Below, piece after piece: positions 36,364 through 45,802 of a stretch of DNA of 64,000 bases. The stretch comes from Jatrophihabitans sp. Lineage in GTDB: Bacteria; Actinomycetota; Actinomycetes; Mycobacteriales; Jatrophihabitantaceae. Below the pieces are notes generated by a model. It searched no databases and was not told the origin of the DNA. It saw only the letters and a program-made list of their open reading frames with translations. How positions within the stretch are numbered: the first letter of the stretch is position 1; the number at the start of each line of letters is the position of its first letter. The position numbers were made by a program, and so were the translations under genes. Location of the stretch: NCBI GenBank assembly GCA_035642535.1, contig DASQSE010000016.1:17329-81328 (forward strand). Reading direction: 5' to 3'.

Positions 36364-39159
36364 ATGGCTATCCCACAACGCACATTTGGCATGCGGCGCG
36401 CCGCGCACGGGCGGACGCTGCGCTGGCTTTCGTGGTGCGCCGTCGCGGCGACGCTCGTCTCGTTCACCGCGCCGGCAGCACGCGCCCACCAGCCGGCCGG
36501 GCCCTCGTCGTCGCCGCGCCCGGCCAGCAGCGCCGGCGCTCCGACAAGCAACCGCGGGCACTGGTCGGTGACGGTGGGTCAGGACGGCGTGCAGCTCGGC
36601 TGGCGGTCGCCGACCCCGATCCCGGTCGGCGACGGGCGCGTCGAGTTCCGCGACGGGCAGCAGGTCATCGGCTTCCCGACGCTCGCCCGCGACCACCGCA
36701 CCCTCACGCTGACCCTGTCGTCGGGTACCAGCACGCCGACCGACCCCGCAGTCTGGGTCGGGCTGCACAGACTTGATGCGACCGCCGCGCCCATGCATCC
36801 GTACGCCCTGGCGCGCCCACCGGACATCGCGGGCAGGTCCGCTCCGGGCGATCCGGGGCGCGCCGGTCACTTCGACGTCGAGTCGTTCGACTACGAAGCC
36901 GCTCCGCTCGCGTGGCCGCAATTCAAGGCCCCGCTCGAGGTCCTCGGGCATGCCGTCCTACCTGTCGGTCGACGTCATGCGCCGCTGGTGCTCTTCCTGC
37001 ACGGCCGGCACAACGCCTGCTACGGACGCGGCGACGACGGATCCTGGCCGTGCGCCGGGGGATCGAAGCCGGTCCCCAGCTACCTCGGCTACGACTACCT
37101 GCAACGCCTGCTGGCCAGTCAGGGCTACGCCACCGTCAGCGTGTCGGCCAATGCCATCAACGCCCAGGACTGGCGGGCGTCGGACGGCGGTGCTCGGGCG
37201 CGCGCGGCGCTGGTGATCCATCACCTCGAGCTGCTGGCGGGCTTCTCGGCCGACCGCGCGAACCGGCAATGGCGCGGCCGTCTCGACTTGAGCCACGTCA
37301 TCCTCGTCGGCCACAGCCGCGGCGGCGAAGGAGTCGACCAAGCCGCCATCGAGTCGTCCCCGTCGGCGCCCTACCAGCTGGCCGGCCAGGTCCTGATCGC
37401 TCCGACCGACTTCTCCTATCAGACTGCGCCGTATCTGCCGACCGAGGTGCTGCTGCCGTACTGCGACGGCGACGTCTTCGACCTGCAGGGTCAGCGCTAC
37501 GTCGACGCCGCCCCCGTGGTTGCACCGGACGACCCCTCGCTGCGCTCGAGCGTGCTGCTGCTCGGCGCGAACCACAACTTCTTCAACACCGAATGGACGC
37601 CCGGGCAGTCGGTTGCGCCCAGCTGGGACGACTGGTGGGACAAGCGCGATCCGGTATGCGGTAGCAAGGTCTCCCCGACCCGGCTGACGCCGGCCGAGCA
37701 ACAGCGTGCCGCAATGACGTACGTCGCCGCCGGAGTACACGCGTTTCTTCGGGACGACCAGACTGATGCGCTGCGGTACATCGACGCCGCCGAGCCGGTG
37801 GCGATCCCGGACGCCGGTCCTGCCGTCGCGTTGACGCATGCGCTCGGCGGGAACCGGACGACGGTCGGGCTCGACGCCGGCGCCTCGGCTGACGGAGCTG
37901 CCACACCCTGCCGCGCCGGACAGCCGAGCCCCGGCGGGTTCGGGAAGGCCGCCGAACCGCTCTGCGGCATCAAACGCTCCTACCGACAGGTCCACTGGAC
38001 ACCGACGTACCTCTCGTGGGCCTCGGTCTACTCGGCGTACGCGGCGACCGGGCTGCCGCAGCACGAAATGCTGAGGTGGTCGGCGCCGCCCGGGACCCAG
38101 GGCGGGCTCCGGTTGGCGCAGCCGATGGATCTGTCTCGTCGGGGCACGCGCCTCGACCTGCGCGTCGTCGTCGACCCCGCAACCACCTCCGGCGAGGTCG
38201 AGGTCGTCCTCGGCTCCGGCGACGCCACCTGGTCCGGGCCGCCGCGACCCGTGACTCCGCTCGGCCGCAAAGACCCGCTCACGCCGCTGTGGGCGCAGAC
38301 GATCCGCATCGACCCGGCGTCGTTTGCCGGCCATATCGATCTTGATCACGTCGACAGCATTCAGCTGCGCGCGACCGGCGGGTCGGGACGCGTGTGGATC
38401 CTGGACGCATCGCGCGTCATGCCCGGCATGCGTGACGTGCCCGACCGCGCGCTGCCGCGCATCCGACTCGGTCGGGTCACGGTGTCCGAGGGTGACGACC
38501 CGAATGCCACCGCGCTCGTCCCGTTCCGCGTACTGGGCGACGTCACGACGCCGGCCACCTTCGCGGTCGCCGCGGACCAGTCGACGTTCGGGTACCGGCG
38601 GCGACCGCAGTACAGCGTCGTCACTGTCACACCGGGGCAGACGAAGGGCACGATCGCCGTGCCGTACGAAGCCGACACCATCGACGACGCACCACGGCAG
38701 ACCGAGCGGGTGTACGCCGTCGTCAGACGCGGCCTCGTCATGAGCGAATACACCGGGACGGTGCGCATCCGCGACGACGATCCGGCGCCGACCATGACGT
38801 GGCGCGCCGTCCGTGCGCACGTCACCTACGGCCATGCGATGCGGTTCCGGCTCCAACTGTCCGCGCCCGTCGACTACTACATCTTCGCCCGGCTGCACGC
38901 GACTCGGGTGCCCGGCCTACGCCCGGTGCGGACCTCCGACATCCCGAAGCGCTGGCTGCGCACGGAGATCGGCCGCCGGGTACCCGCCGACGTCCCGCTC
39001 GGCCGGGTGTGGCACTACGGGTACCTCCGGCTCCGACCCGGCGCCACGCACGCGTCGCTCGTCATCCCGACGCTGCGCAAACCGCTGCACACCTACCCGA
39101 AGGCGTTGACGATCAGGCTCATGCGGGAGCTACGCGCAACCGTCCATGTGCACCGCTAG
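36364..39159 (+). CDS. Large secreted alpha/beta hydrolase with Calx-beta-like C-terminal domains
   Basis: Signal peptide; LFLHGRH, GHSRGG nucleophile elbow, CDGDV, GANHNFFNTEW; VTVSEGDD...DTIDD...IRDDD repeats. Confidence 0.8.
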   Translation: MAIPQRTFGMRRAAHGRTLRWLSWCAVAATLVSFTAPAARAHQPAGPSSSPRPASSAGAPTSNRGHWSVTVGQDGVQLGWRSPTPIPVGDGRVEFRDGQQVIGFPTLARDHRTLTLTLSSGTSTPTDPAVWVGLHRLDATAAPMHPYALARPPDIAGRSAPGDPGRAGHFDVESFDYEAAPLAWPQFKAPLEVLGHAVLPVGRRHAPLVLFLHGRHNACYGRGDDGSWPCAGGSKPVPSYLGYDYLQRLLASQGYATVSVSANAINAQDWRASDGGARARAALVIHHLELLAGFSADRANRQWRGRLDLSHVILVGHSRGGEGVDQAAIESSPSAPYQLAGQVLIAPTDFSYQTAPYLPTEVLLPYCDGDVFDLQGQRYVDAAPVVAPDDPSLRSSVLLLGANHNFFNTEWTPGQSVAPSWDDWWDKRDPVCGSKVSPTRLTPAEQQRAAMTYVAAGVHAFLRDDQTDALRYIDAAEPVAIPDAGPAVALTHALGGNRTTVGLDAGASADGAATPCRAGQPSPGGFGKAAEPLCGIKRSYRQVHWTPTYLSWASVYSAYAATGLPQHEMLRWSAPPGTQGGLRLAQPMDLSRRGTRLDLRVVVDPATTSGEVEVVLGSGDATWSGPPRPVTPLGRKDPLTPLWAQTIRIDPASFAGHIDLDHVDSIQLRATGGSGRVWILDASRVMPGMRDVPDRALPRIRLGRVTVSEGDDPNATALVPFRVLGDVTTPATFAVAADQSTFGYRRRPQYSVVTVTPGQTKGTIAVPYEADTIDDAPRQTERVYAVVRRGLVMSEYTGTVRIRDDDPAPTMTWRAVRAHVTYGHAMRFRLQLSAPVDYYIFARLHATRVPGLRPVRTSDIPKRWLRTEIGRRVPADVPLGRVWHYGYLRLRPGATHASLVIPTLRKPLHTYPKALTIRLMRELRATVHVHR

Positions 39160-39362
39160 GACGGGACCTCCGGAAGCCGGTTGCCGTGCAGCTCCCAGCC
39201 GGAGCTCCCACGTCGCCAACGTAGCTCGCCGTCGTGCCGCCAGGGCGTGTTGATATCGACCAGCAGCTCCTGGGCAGCCCGCGTGTCGTTCCATGCCCGG
39301 CGCAGCGCGCGCGCAACACCTCGAGCCAGGCGCGCAATGGTGCGCAGGACGACAATCAGCAC
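39156..39362 (-). CDS. Small hypothetical protein
   Basis: 68 aa, coding-like, convergent overlap with the hydrolase stop. Confidence 0.55.
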   Translation of the reverse strand: MLIVVLRTIARLARGVARALRRAWNDTRAAQELLVDINTPWRHDGELRWRRGSSGWELHGNRLPEVPS

Positions 39363-39421
39363 AACGCCCTCCCGAGGTTGGCCGCGCGACAGTATCCCGG
39401 CGCAACCGGCGGCGCCACGGT

Positions 39422-41035
39422 CTAACGTCCCGCCGGGCGCTGCGGATCCTGTTCCTCTTGGGCATCCGGCGCGTGCGACCGTTCGCTGCGCCGCGGCCTG
39501 CCGGGGAGGGCGATCAGTGCGAGCAGGGCGCCGCAGCCGGCGACGACCGCGCCCGTTGCGAGCCCGAGGTCCATGCCACTGATGAACGCCGTGCGAGCCT
39601 CGTGCGCGAGCGCCTGCCCGGTCGCTCCGCCAACTCGCTGCGCCACTGCCAGCGCACCGCCGAGGGAGCCGAGGATGGTGTCCCGGACGCCGCTGGGCAC
39701 GGGGTAGGGCGCCAACGCACTGGAGAGCCGATCGTCATAGCGCGTGGACAGCAGGCTGCCGACCACCGCGACGCCGAGCGCACCCCCGACCTGCAGGAAC
39801 GTGCCGTTGGTCGCCGACCCGACCCCGGTGTGCTCCTCGGGCAGCGAGCCCATTACCGACCCGGTCGCGGAGGGGATGACCAGGCCGGAGCCGATGCCGA
39901 TCAGGATCATCCCGGGCAGCAGGTCCACGTAGGTCGTGCCGACCGTCGCGGTGGACACCTGCCACAGGCCGGCGCACACCGTCAGGAGCCCCAGAGTGAT
40001 GGTGATCTTGGTGCCGACCAGCCGCAGCACGACGGTCGACAGCGGCGCGACGATCGCTATCGCGCCCGCCGCGGGCAGCACTCGCACGCCGGCCGCGAGC
40101 GGATCGTAGCCGCGGTCGAACTGCAGGAACTGGGTGAGTACGAACAGTGCCCCGGCCATCCCGAACATGATCAGCCCGACCGAGCCGACAGCGGCCGAGA
40201 ACGCCCGATTCCGGAAGAAGTCAAGGTTCAGCATCGGGTGCGTGCTGGACGCCTCCCAGGCGGCGAAGCCGACGAGCACAGCCACGCCGCCCGCGCCGGA
40301 GGCGAGCACCACCGCCGAGGTCCAGCCGTGCACGGGCGCCTCGATGATCGACCACAGGACCAACCCCAGCCCGGCGATGGACAGCAGCGAGCCGAGCAGG
40401 TCCGGTCGCTTGGCGGCCGGGTTCTTCGAGTTCTGGACGAGCGGGATCGCGAAGGCGATCCCGAGCGCGACGATCGGCACGTTGACCAGGAACACCGACC
40501 CCCACCAGAAGTGCTCGAGCAGCGCGCCGCCGACGATCGGACCGAGCGCGATTCCGAGCCCACTGGTCGCCGACCAGACACCGAGGGCCCGCTGGCGTTC
40601 TCGCCGGTCGGTGAAGGTGTTCGTGATAATCGACAGAGTGGACGGCATGATCAATGCCGCGCCGATGCCCATGCTGGCTCGCGCCGCGATCAGCACCTCG
40701 ACCGAGCCGGAGAACGCCGCCCAGATCGAGCCGGCGGCGAAGGCCACCATGCCGGCCAGGAACGTGCGCTTGCGGCCGATCCGATCGGCCAGACTGCCGG
40801 CCACCAGCAACAGGCCGGCGAAGACGAGCACGTACGCGTCCACGATCCACTGCAACTCGGTGTCGGTGGCCTTCATCTGGCGCACCAGCGTCGGCAGCAC
40901 CACGTTGAGCACGGTGTTGTCCAACGTGACAACCAGTAGCGATACGCACAACACGGACAGCGCCGCCCAGCGTCGCGTCGCTGCGTCTCGCGGCGGCGTC
41001 ATGCTGACCGGCGTGGTCACACCGGTGAGACCCAT
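39422..41035 (-). CDS. MFS drug:H+ antiporter, DHA2 (EmrB/QacA) family
   Basis: LDNTVLNVVLP, WIVDAYVLVFAGLLL, GSLADRIGRK, 14-TM pattern. Confidence 0.92.
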   Translation of the reverse strand: MGLTGVTTPVSMTPPRDAATRRWAALSVLCVSLLVVTLDNTVLNVVLPTLVRQMKATDTELQWIVDAYVLVFAGLLLVAGSLADRIGRKRTFLAGMVAFAAGSIWAAFSGSVEVLIAARASMGIGAALIMPSTLSIITNTFTDRRERQRALGVWSATSGLGIALGPIVGGALLEHFWWGSVFLVNVPIVALGIAFAIPLVQNSKNPAAKRPDLLGSLLSIAGLGLVLWSIIEAPVHGWTSAVVLASGAGGVAVLVGFAAWEASSTHPMLNLDFFRNRAFSAAVGSVGLIMFGMAGALFVLTQFLQFDRGYDPLAAGVRVLPAAGAIAIVAPLSTVVLRLVGTKITITLGLLTVCAGLWQVSTATVGTTYVDLLPGMILIGIGSGLVIPSATGSVMGSLPEEHTGVGSATNGTFLQVGGALGVAVVGSLLSTRYDDRLSSALAPYPVPSGVRDTILGSLGGALAVAQRVGGATGQALAHEARTAFISGMDLGLATGAVVAGCGALLALIALPGRPRRSERSHAPDAQEEQDPQRPAGR

Positions 41036-41128
41036 GCAGCGAGCGTCTCAACGGGGTCGTCCTATCAGCAGGGCCCTAAGTCGCGATCTCGTCCTGCCCA
41101 GTGGCACGTCCGGCAGTAGCCGCTCCGA

Positions 41129-43018
41129 TCACCTCGATAGCTGCGCGGCAGCCGCGGCGATCGCCGCGCCGGTCATGTCGAGGGCGGGCTCGTCCGTCTG
41201 CCAGGAACGCACGTCGTCGAGGAAGCGACTGCCGTGCCCGTCGAAGGGCCGGTATGTCGGGACGGTGCAATGTCGCATGCCGTCCTGGAAGCCGCCGAGC
41301 CCGCCGCGGAACAGGCCGGCGCTGTTCGGCCCGTTCACGACGGCGCCGACGTCAATGGGCGGCGAGCCGTCGGTCGAGCCGCGCAGATTGGCGATCTGGT
41401 GCTGCATGCAGTGCGGGAACCGGTGGCCGATGCCGACCATCAGGCTCACTCCCCATGCGTTGCCCCCGAACAGCCAATTCCGCTCATGGACCGCCAGCCG
41501 GTCGAACCTCGCCGTGCCGGTGAGCCGGTGGTACCAGCCGGCCATCGCGATCACCCCGAAGGTGTGCGCGTCGACGTCGAACTCGGCCACGTTCCCCGCT
41601 GCGCCGAACGGGTCGCGGCCGGCGTGCCACGCCGCACCGCGCAACTGCCGGGCCAGGTCGGCCAGCAGTCGCGCTCGGCCGACCGCAAGCCCGCGCTGCT
41701 CGTGGCCGCGCAGCGCGCGGATCAGATCGGTGTGCGCGAGCGCGCTGACGTCGTAGAGGTTGAAGGTGTCGCCGCGCTCGTGCCGCAGGTAGCCGCGCGC
41801 CCAATGCGCCGACTGCGCCAGCCAGTGCCGGACGGGCCGGTGCAGGCGGCGCGCCGCGAGCGCCGCCTCTGCGGTGCCGAGCTCCATGTCGTCACGCCAG
41901 GTCGACTCGGGATAGAAGTCGTTCGGCAGCGCCGTCGTCAACGGGTGCGGCGGCGACGCGGTGTCGGCCAGTCTGAGGATCGCGCTCGCCTGCCGGTATT
42001 CGCGCAGCGCGCGCCGGTGCGGATCGGTCTGCGCCGCGAGGGCGAACGCCGCCGCCACCCGTCCCGCGAGGTTCGGGCTGATCGACCGGCCCGGCGCCGC
42101 AGCCGCGAACACCGGGCGATGCCGGGCGGCGAACCGGTGCGCCCGCGCCGTGTCGTGGTCGTCGCGCTGGGGCAACCGCCACAGGTCGTGATCGCCGAGG
42201 TACCGGCCGTTGGACGTGCCGTTGCCGATGCCGACCTGCAGGTAGAGGATCTTCGTCCGCGGATGCCACATCTTCTCCAGCCACGCCAACCCGTACCGCC
42301 CCTCCTTCGCCAACGCGGCCGGTGCCGAGCGGCCGAGATCGCGCCGGGCTGCGAGCAGGACGACGTCGGCGAACGCTGCGGTGTGCGTGAACTTCAGGTA
42401 GTCGCCGGCGTCGAACCATCCGCCGGCCGCATTGACCGGACCGCGCACCCTCCGGAGGGTGGCGTCGGTGATCTCATCGTTCCGGTTGAAGTGCGGGCGC
42501 CGGTACACAGTCGCGCGTGCGTCGTGCAGATGGGACGGACGGCGATGCAGCGGGCCGGCTATGACATTGCGGCCATCGCGCTGCACGTGATCGAAACGCA
42601 CGCCATCGGACAGCACAGTCCGGTAGATGGACGTGCGCGTCCGCACCCGGATCGGCGCCGCCACCACGGGCGTGCTGTGCACCACCAGCCGGTAGCGGCC
42701 GGGCGCGCGCAGCCGATTGAACCGCACCGCGTACGTGTGCCGGTAGGTGCTGTTCCACGAGCCACGATCGTCGGCCGACACCCGGCCGGCGCGGACCACG
42801 CTGCCGGCCCGCCGGATCTCGTAGGCGACGCCACCGGCCGGCCTTGAGGTCATCAGGATGGCCCGCTTCATCTCGGTGCGGTCATACCCGGCCTGGTCGA
42901 CGCGCAACTGAGAACGTGGCGTCGGGGCCGCCGCGACCTGTTCCGCGATCGGGCCCATGCCCATGCTGAGCAGCGCCGTCAGCGCAGCCACGCCTGCCGC
43001 ACACGACCGTCGAAGCAT
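41129..43018 (-). CDS. Secreted glycoside hydrolase family 9 with N-terminal Ig-like domain
   Basis: Signal peptide; RVDQAGY; GGWFDAGDYLKF (catalytic Asps); TDEPALD (catalytic Glu); RBS GGAGG. Confidence 0.88.
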   Translation of the reverse strand: MLRRSCAAGVAALTALLSMGMGPIAEQVAAAPTPRSQLRVDQAGYDRTEMKRAILMTSRPAGGVAYEIRRAGSVVRAGRVSADDRGSWNSTYRHTYAVRFNRLRAPGRYRLVVHSTPVVAAPIRVRTRTSIYRTVLSDGVRFDHVQRDGRNVIAGPLHRRPSHLHDARATVYRRPHFNRNDEITDATLRRVRGPVNAAGGWFDAGDYLKFTHTAAFADVVLLAARRDLGRSAPAALAKEGRYGLAWLEKMWHPRTKILYLQVGIGNGTSNGRYLGDHDLWRLPQRDDHDTARAHRFAARHRPVFAAAAPGRSISPNLAGRVAAAFALAAQTDPHRRALREYRQASAILRLADTASPPHPLTTALPNDFYPESTWRDDMELGTAEAALAARRLHRPVRHWLAQSAHWARGYLRHERGDTFNLYDVSALAHTDLIRALRGHEQRGLAVGRARLLADLARQLRGAAWHAGRDPFGAAGNVAEFDVDAHTFGVIAMAGWYHRLTGTARFDRLAVHERNWLFGGNAWGVSLMVGIGHRFPHCMQHQIANLRGSTDGSPPIDVGAVVNGPNSAGLFRGGLGGFQDGMRHCTVPTYRPFDGHGSRFLDDVRSWQTDEPALDMTGAAIAAAAAQLSR

Positions 43019-43101
43019 CGTCCCTCCAATGGCTGGGAACACCTGCTTTGATCTTCCAACGATCTGCCGGATGCCGGAATAGTCCGGGCGGGCGCCGGTA
43101 C

Positions 43102-43674
43102 TTACCCGGCTACTCGTCGTCTGCGGTACGCGGCAGAGCGTGCCTTTGTGCCACAGTTCGTGCTGGAGCACCAGCGTCGTTCGCCGGGTGGGCTCATATC
43201 GAGGAAGAGCAGGCCGCAGTCGCCGGCCGCGCATTCCCGGATTCGCTGGTGCAGTGGTGTGGTGAACAACTCGACCGCGTCGCGCGCCACCGTGCTGAGT
43301 GCGGCCGCGTTGCCGCCGCGGGCCGGCAGCAGTAGCCATCCGGCGGCGCGTCGCATTTGCGGCACGGGCGACGGCATTGCCGCGGCCGCGTTGACGATCT
43401 TCTCGTCGGCCGCGCTGGGCTGGCGTCCGGCGATCAGGTCCTTGGCGATGCGGTAGACGGCCTCGCGCAGCCTGCGAGCGTTCGCCAGACCGCTCGGACT
43501 GACGGGGACGGCCTGCTCCAGGACACCGGCCTCGACATACCAACGGGCCAGGTCGGCCGGGGTCCGCAGCCGCTCGAAGCTGCGCTGCCAGCGTTCGCCC
43601 ACTGTGGCGCAGAGCGCCAAACAGAGTCGCCCGGACCGGAAGACGAATGCCAGTTCCTCGAGCGAGATGTCCAT
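43102..43674 (-). CDS. ABATE / CGNR zinc-finger protein
   Basis: GRLCLALCAT, RECAAGDCGLLFLD.S...RRWCS...CGTKAR. Confidence 0.88.
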   Translation of the reverse strand: MDISLEELAFVFRSGRLCLALCATVGERWQRSFERLRTPADLARWYVEAGVLEQAVPVSPSGLANARRLREAVYRIAKDLIAGRQPSAADEKIVNAAAAMPSPVPQMRRAAGWLLLPARGGNAAALSTVARDAVELFTTPLHQRIRECAAGDCGLLFLDMSPPGERRWCSSTNCGTKARSAAYRRRRVAG

Positions 43675-43699
43675 GGACCGCGTTGCAGCACACTGCACG

Positions 43700-43719
43700 T
43701 CACAAGTATAACCTGTGAT
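43700..43719 (+). promoter_or_regulatory. Leaderless -10 box inside an inverted repeat
   Basis: TATAAC at 43707-43712, 7 nt before GTG 43720, flanked by TCACA (43700-43704) and TGTGA (43714-43718). Confidence 0.5.
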
Positions 43720-44103
43720 GTGATCAGTATTGCCGGCCTCGACCATCTGGTCCTGACAGTCATCGACCCGCAGCGAACGGCCGCGTTCTACCAGCGCGTG
43801 CTCGGCATGCAGCCGGTCCGGTTCGGCGGCGGGCGCCTCGCCGTGCACTTCGGCCAGAGCAAGATCAACCTGCATCAAGCGGGCGACGAGATCGCACCGC
43901 ACGCCGCGCAACCCACGCCGGGCAGCGCGGACCTGTGCCTGCTCACGACCTCCCCGATCGAGGACGTGGTGGCCGATCTCGACGCAGCAGGCGTCCGCAT
44001 CGAGGAAGGACCGGTGCAGCGCACCGGTGCGCAGGGGCCGATCACCAGCGTCTACATCCGCGACCCGGACAGCAATCTGATCGAGATTGCCACGCAGGCA
44101 TAG
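43720..44103 (+). CDS. VOC / glyoxalase family protein
   Basis: GLDHLVLTV, FYQRVLGM, KINLH, PGSADLC, SVYIRDPDSNLIEI. Confidence 0.9.
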   Translation: MISIAGLDHLVLTVIDPQRTAAFYQRVLGMQPVRFGGGRLAVHFGQSKINLHQAGDEIAPHAAQPTPGSADLCLLTTSPIEDVVADLDAAGVRIEEGPVQRTGAQGPITSVYIRDPDSNLIEIATQA

Positions 44104-44112
44104 GACGGACTG

Positions 44113-44877
44113 GTGGGACGCGTCGCGTACGGCGAGCAGGAGGCGGCTGCATTCGAAGCCGCCCGGCACATCCCCGACCGCGGGCTCGCGCAGTGGCGCA
44201 CGGCGATCGCCCGCCACCTTGCTCCTCGCCCTGGGATGCGGGTGCTGGATCTCGGCGCCGGCACCGGCTGGTGGGCGAGCGCCTTCGCCCGCTGGTACGG
44301 CATCGAGGTCGTCGCCGTCGAGCCCTCGCCCGCCATGCGCGCCCGCAGTCGACATTCGCCGATGCTGGCGGGCGAGGCGGGCGCACTCCCCGTGGCCGGC
44401 AATGCGGTCGACGGCGCCTGGCTGTCGACGGTCGTCCACCACCTGCCCGACCTGCGCGCCGCCGCCGCCGAGTTGGCTCGCGTGCTGCGCCCCGGCGCCC
44501 CCGTCCTCATCCGCTCCGTGTTCCGCGGACGCCACGACGGGATCCAGCTGTTCCGGTACTGGCCCGAGGCGTCGGCGGCACTCGATGCGTTCCCCACGAT
44601 CGGCGACGTACGCGCCGCCTTCGCCACCGCTGGATTCACCTGCAGCGCGCTCGATCGAGTGCCGCAGATCTCCGCCGATTCACTCGCCACCATGGCCGCC
44701 GACCCACAGCGCGATGCGCACACGCCGTTGAAACTGATCAGCGACGCTGCCTACGCCGCAGGTGTCGCCCGACTTCGTGCCGCGGCAGCCACCGACTGCG
44801 GGCCGGTCATCGACACCCTCGACCTGCTCGTCCTGCACCGCGGCCGGTCGCACTCACGGTCGCGACCCGTCGCGTAG
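44113..44877 (+). CDS. Class I SAM-dependent methyltransferase
   Basis: VLDLGAGTG, VAVEPS, HHLPD, RVLRPG. Confidence 0.88.
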   Translation: MGRVAYGEQEAAAFEAARHIPDRGLAQWRTAIARHLAPRPGMRVLDLGAGTGWWASAFARWYGIEVVAVEPSPAMRARSRHSPMLAGEAGALPVAGNAVDGAWLSTVVHHLPDLRAAAAELARVLRPGAPVLIRSVFRGRHDGIQLFRYWPEASAALDAFPTIGDVRAAFATAGFTCSALDRVPQISADSLATMAADPQRDAHTPLKLISDAAYAAGVARLRAAAATDCGPVIDTLDLLVLHRGRSHSRSRPVA

Positions 44878-45792
44878 GAAGCGCTGCGCCGCCGCCAAGG
44901 TCGGCTGCGCGGCGACGGCTCCGATGCCTTGCGTGGACAACGCACCGACCGCGTTGGCAAGCTGCAAGCACTGTGCCGGTGGCAGTTCGGCGAGCCAACC
45001 GCTCAGGAAGCCGGCATTGAACGCGTCGCCGGCTCCTGTCGTCTCGACGGTCGACCACGCATACCCCGGCTCGCGATGCAGATCGCCGTTGCGCGCGAGC
45101 AGCGCCCCGTCCGCTCCGAGTTTCACCGCGACCATCGGAATGGTGTCCGCCAATGCGAGCGCGGCTTGCTCGACGTCCGACGTGCCGGCGATAGCGCATG
45201 CCTCGGCGGCGTTCGGCAGGAAGATGTCGACCAACCCGAGCACGGCCGGCAGACCGGCGTCCCATGATTGGGCGGGATCCCAGTTCGTATCGATCGATGT
45301 CGAGACGCCGGCGGTCCGGAGCACGTCGAGCAGGTCGGTCAGACCCGGCCGCAGGCCGGCGAGCAGAAAGTACGAACTGAGGTGGACGTGCCGCGCTTCG
45401 GCGAGGACGTCCGGTGCCAGATGTTCGCTGGTGAGCCGTTCGATCGCACCCAGGTGCGTGAGGATGGCTCGGTCCTGGCCGCGCGAGATGATCACGCTGA
45501 AGCCGGTCGGCGTCTCGGCGAGGCGCGGGCAAAGACCGATGTCCACGCCTCGGTTGCGAAGCTCTGCGGTCATGTAGTCGCCGAACGCGTCCGTGCCGAT
45601 CGCGCCGACGAACGCGGTGCGCAGGCCGAGACGTGCGCACGCGCAGGCGGTGATGGAGCCGGAGCCGCCCACGGTCAGCGCGCCGTCGGCGAACAGCGTC
45701 TCCTGCTGGCCGAACTCGACCGTCGCGTCCGGATCACTGAGCACGATGTCGGGGTTGCAGTCGCCGATCACGACGACGTCGACCTTGCTCAT
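44854..45792 (-). CDS. PfkB family carbohydrate kinase
   Basis: VGGSGSITACACARLG, FLPNAAE, VKLGADG, ETTGAGDAFNAGF. Confidence 0.9.
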   Translation of the reverse strand: MSKVDVVVIGDCNPDIVLSDPDATVEFGQQETLFADGALTVGGSGSITACACARLGLRTAFVGAIGTDAFGDYMTAELRNRGVDIGLCPRLAETPTGFSVIISRGQDRAILTHLGAIERLTSEHLAPDVLAEARHVHLSSYFLLAGLRPGLTDLLDVLRTAGVSTSIDTNWDPAQSWDAGLPAVLGLVDIFLPNAAEACAIAGTSDVEQAALALADTIPMVAVKLGADGALLARNGDLHREPGYAWSTVETTGAGDAFNAGFLSGWLAELPPAQCLQLANAVGALSTQGIGAVAAQPTLAAAQRFLRDGSRP

Positions 45793-45802
45793 CAACACTC
45801 CG

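Noticed and set aside
43700-43718. TCACA/TGTGA as a CRP/GlxR site
   Set aside because: Half-sites are in the reverse order with a 9-nt spacer; CRP needs TGTGA-N6-TCACA.
5700-43720. Several leaderless starts (TANNNT-like box 6-7 nt before ATG/GTG at 7447, 13507, 43720)
   Set aside because: Normal for Actinobacteria; not novel in itself.
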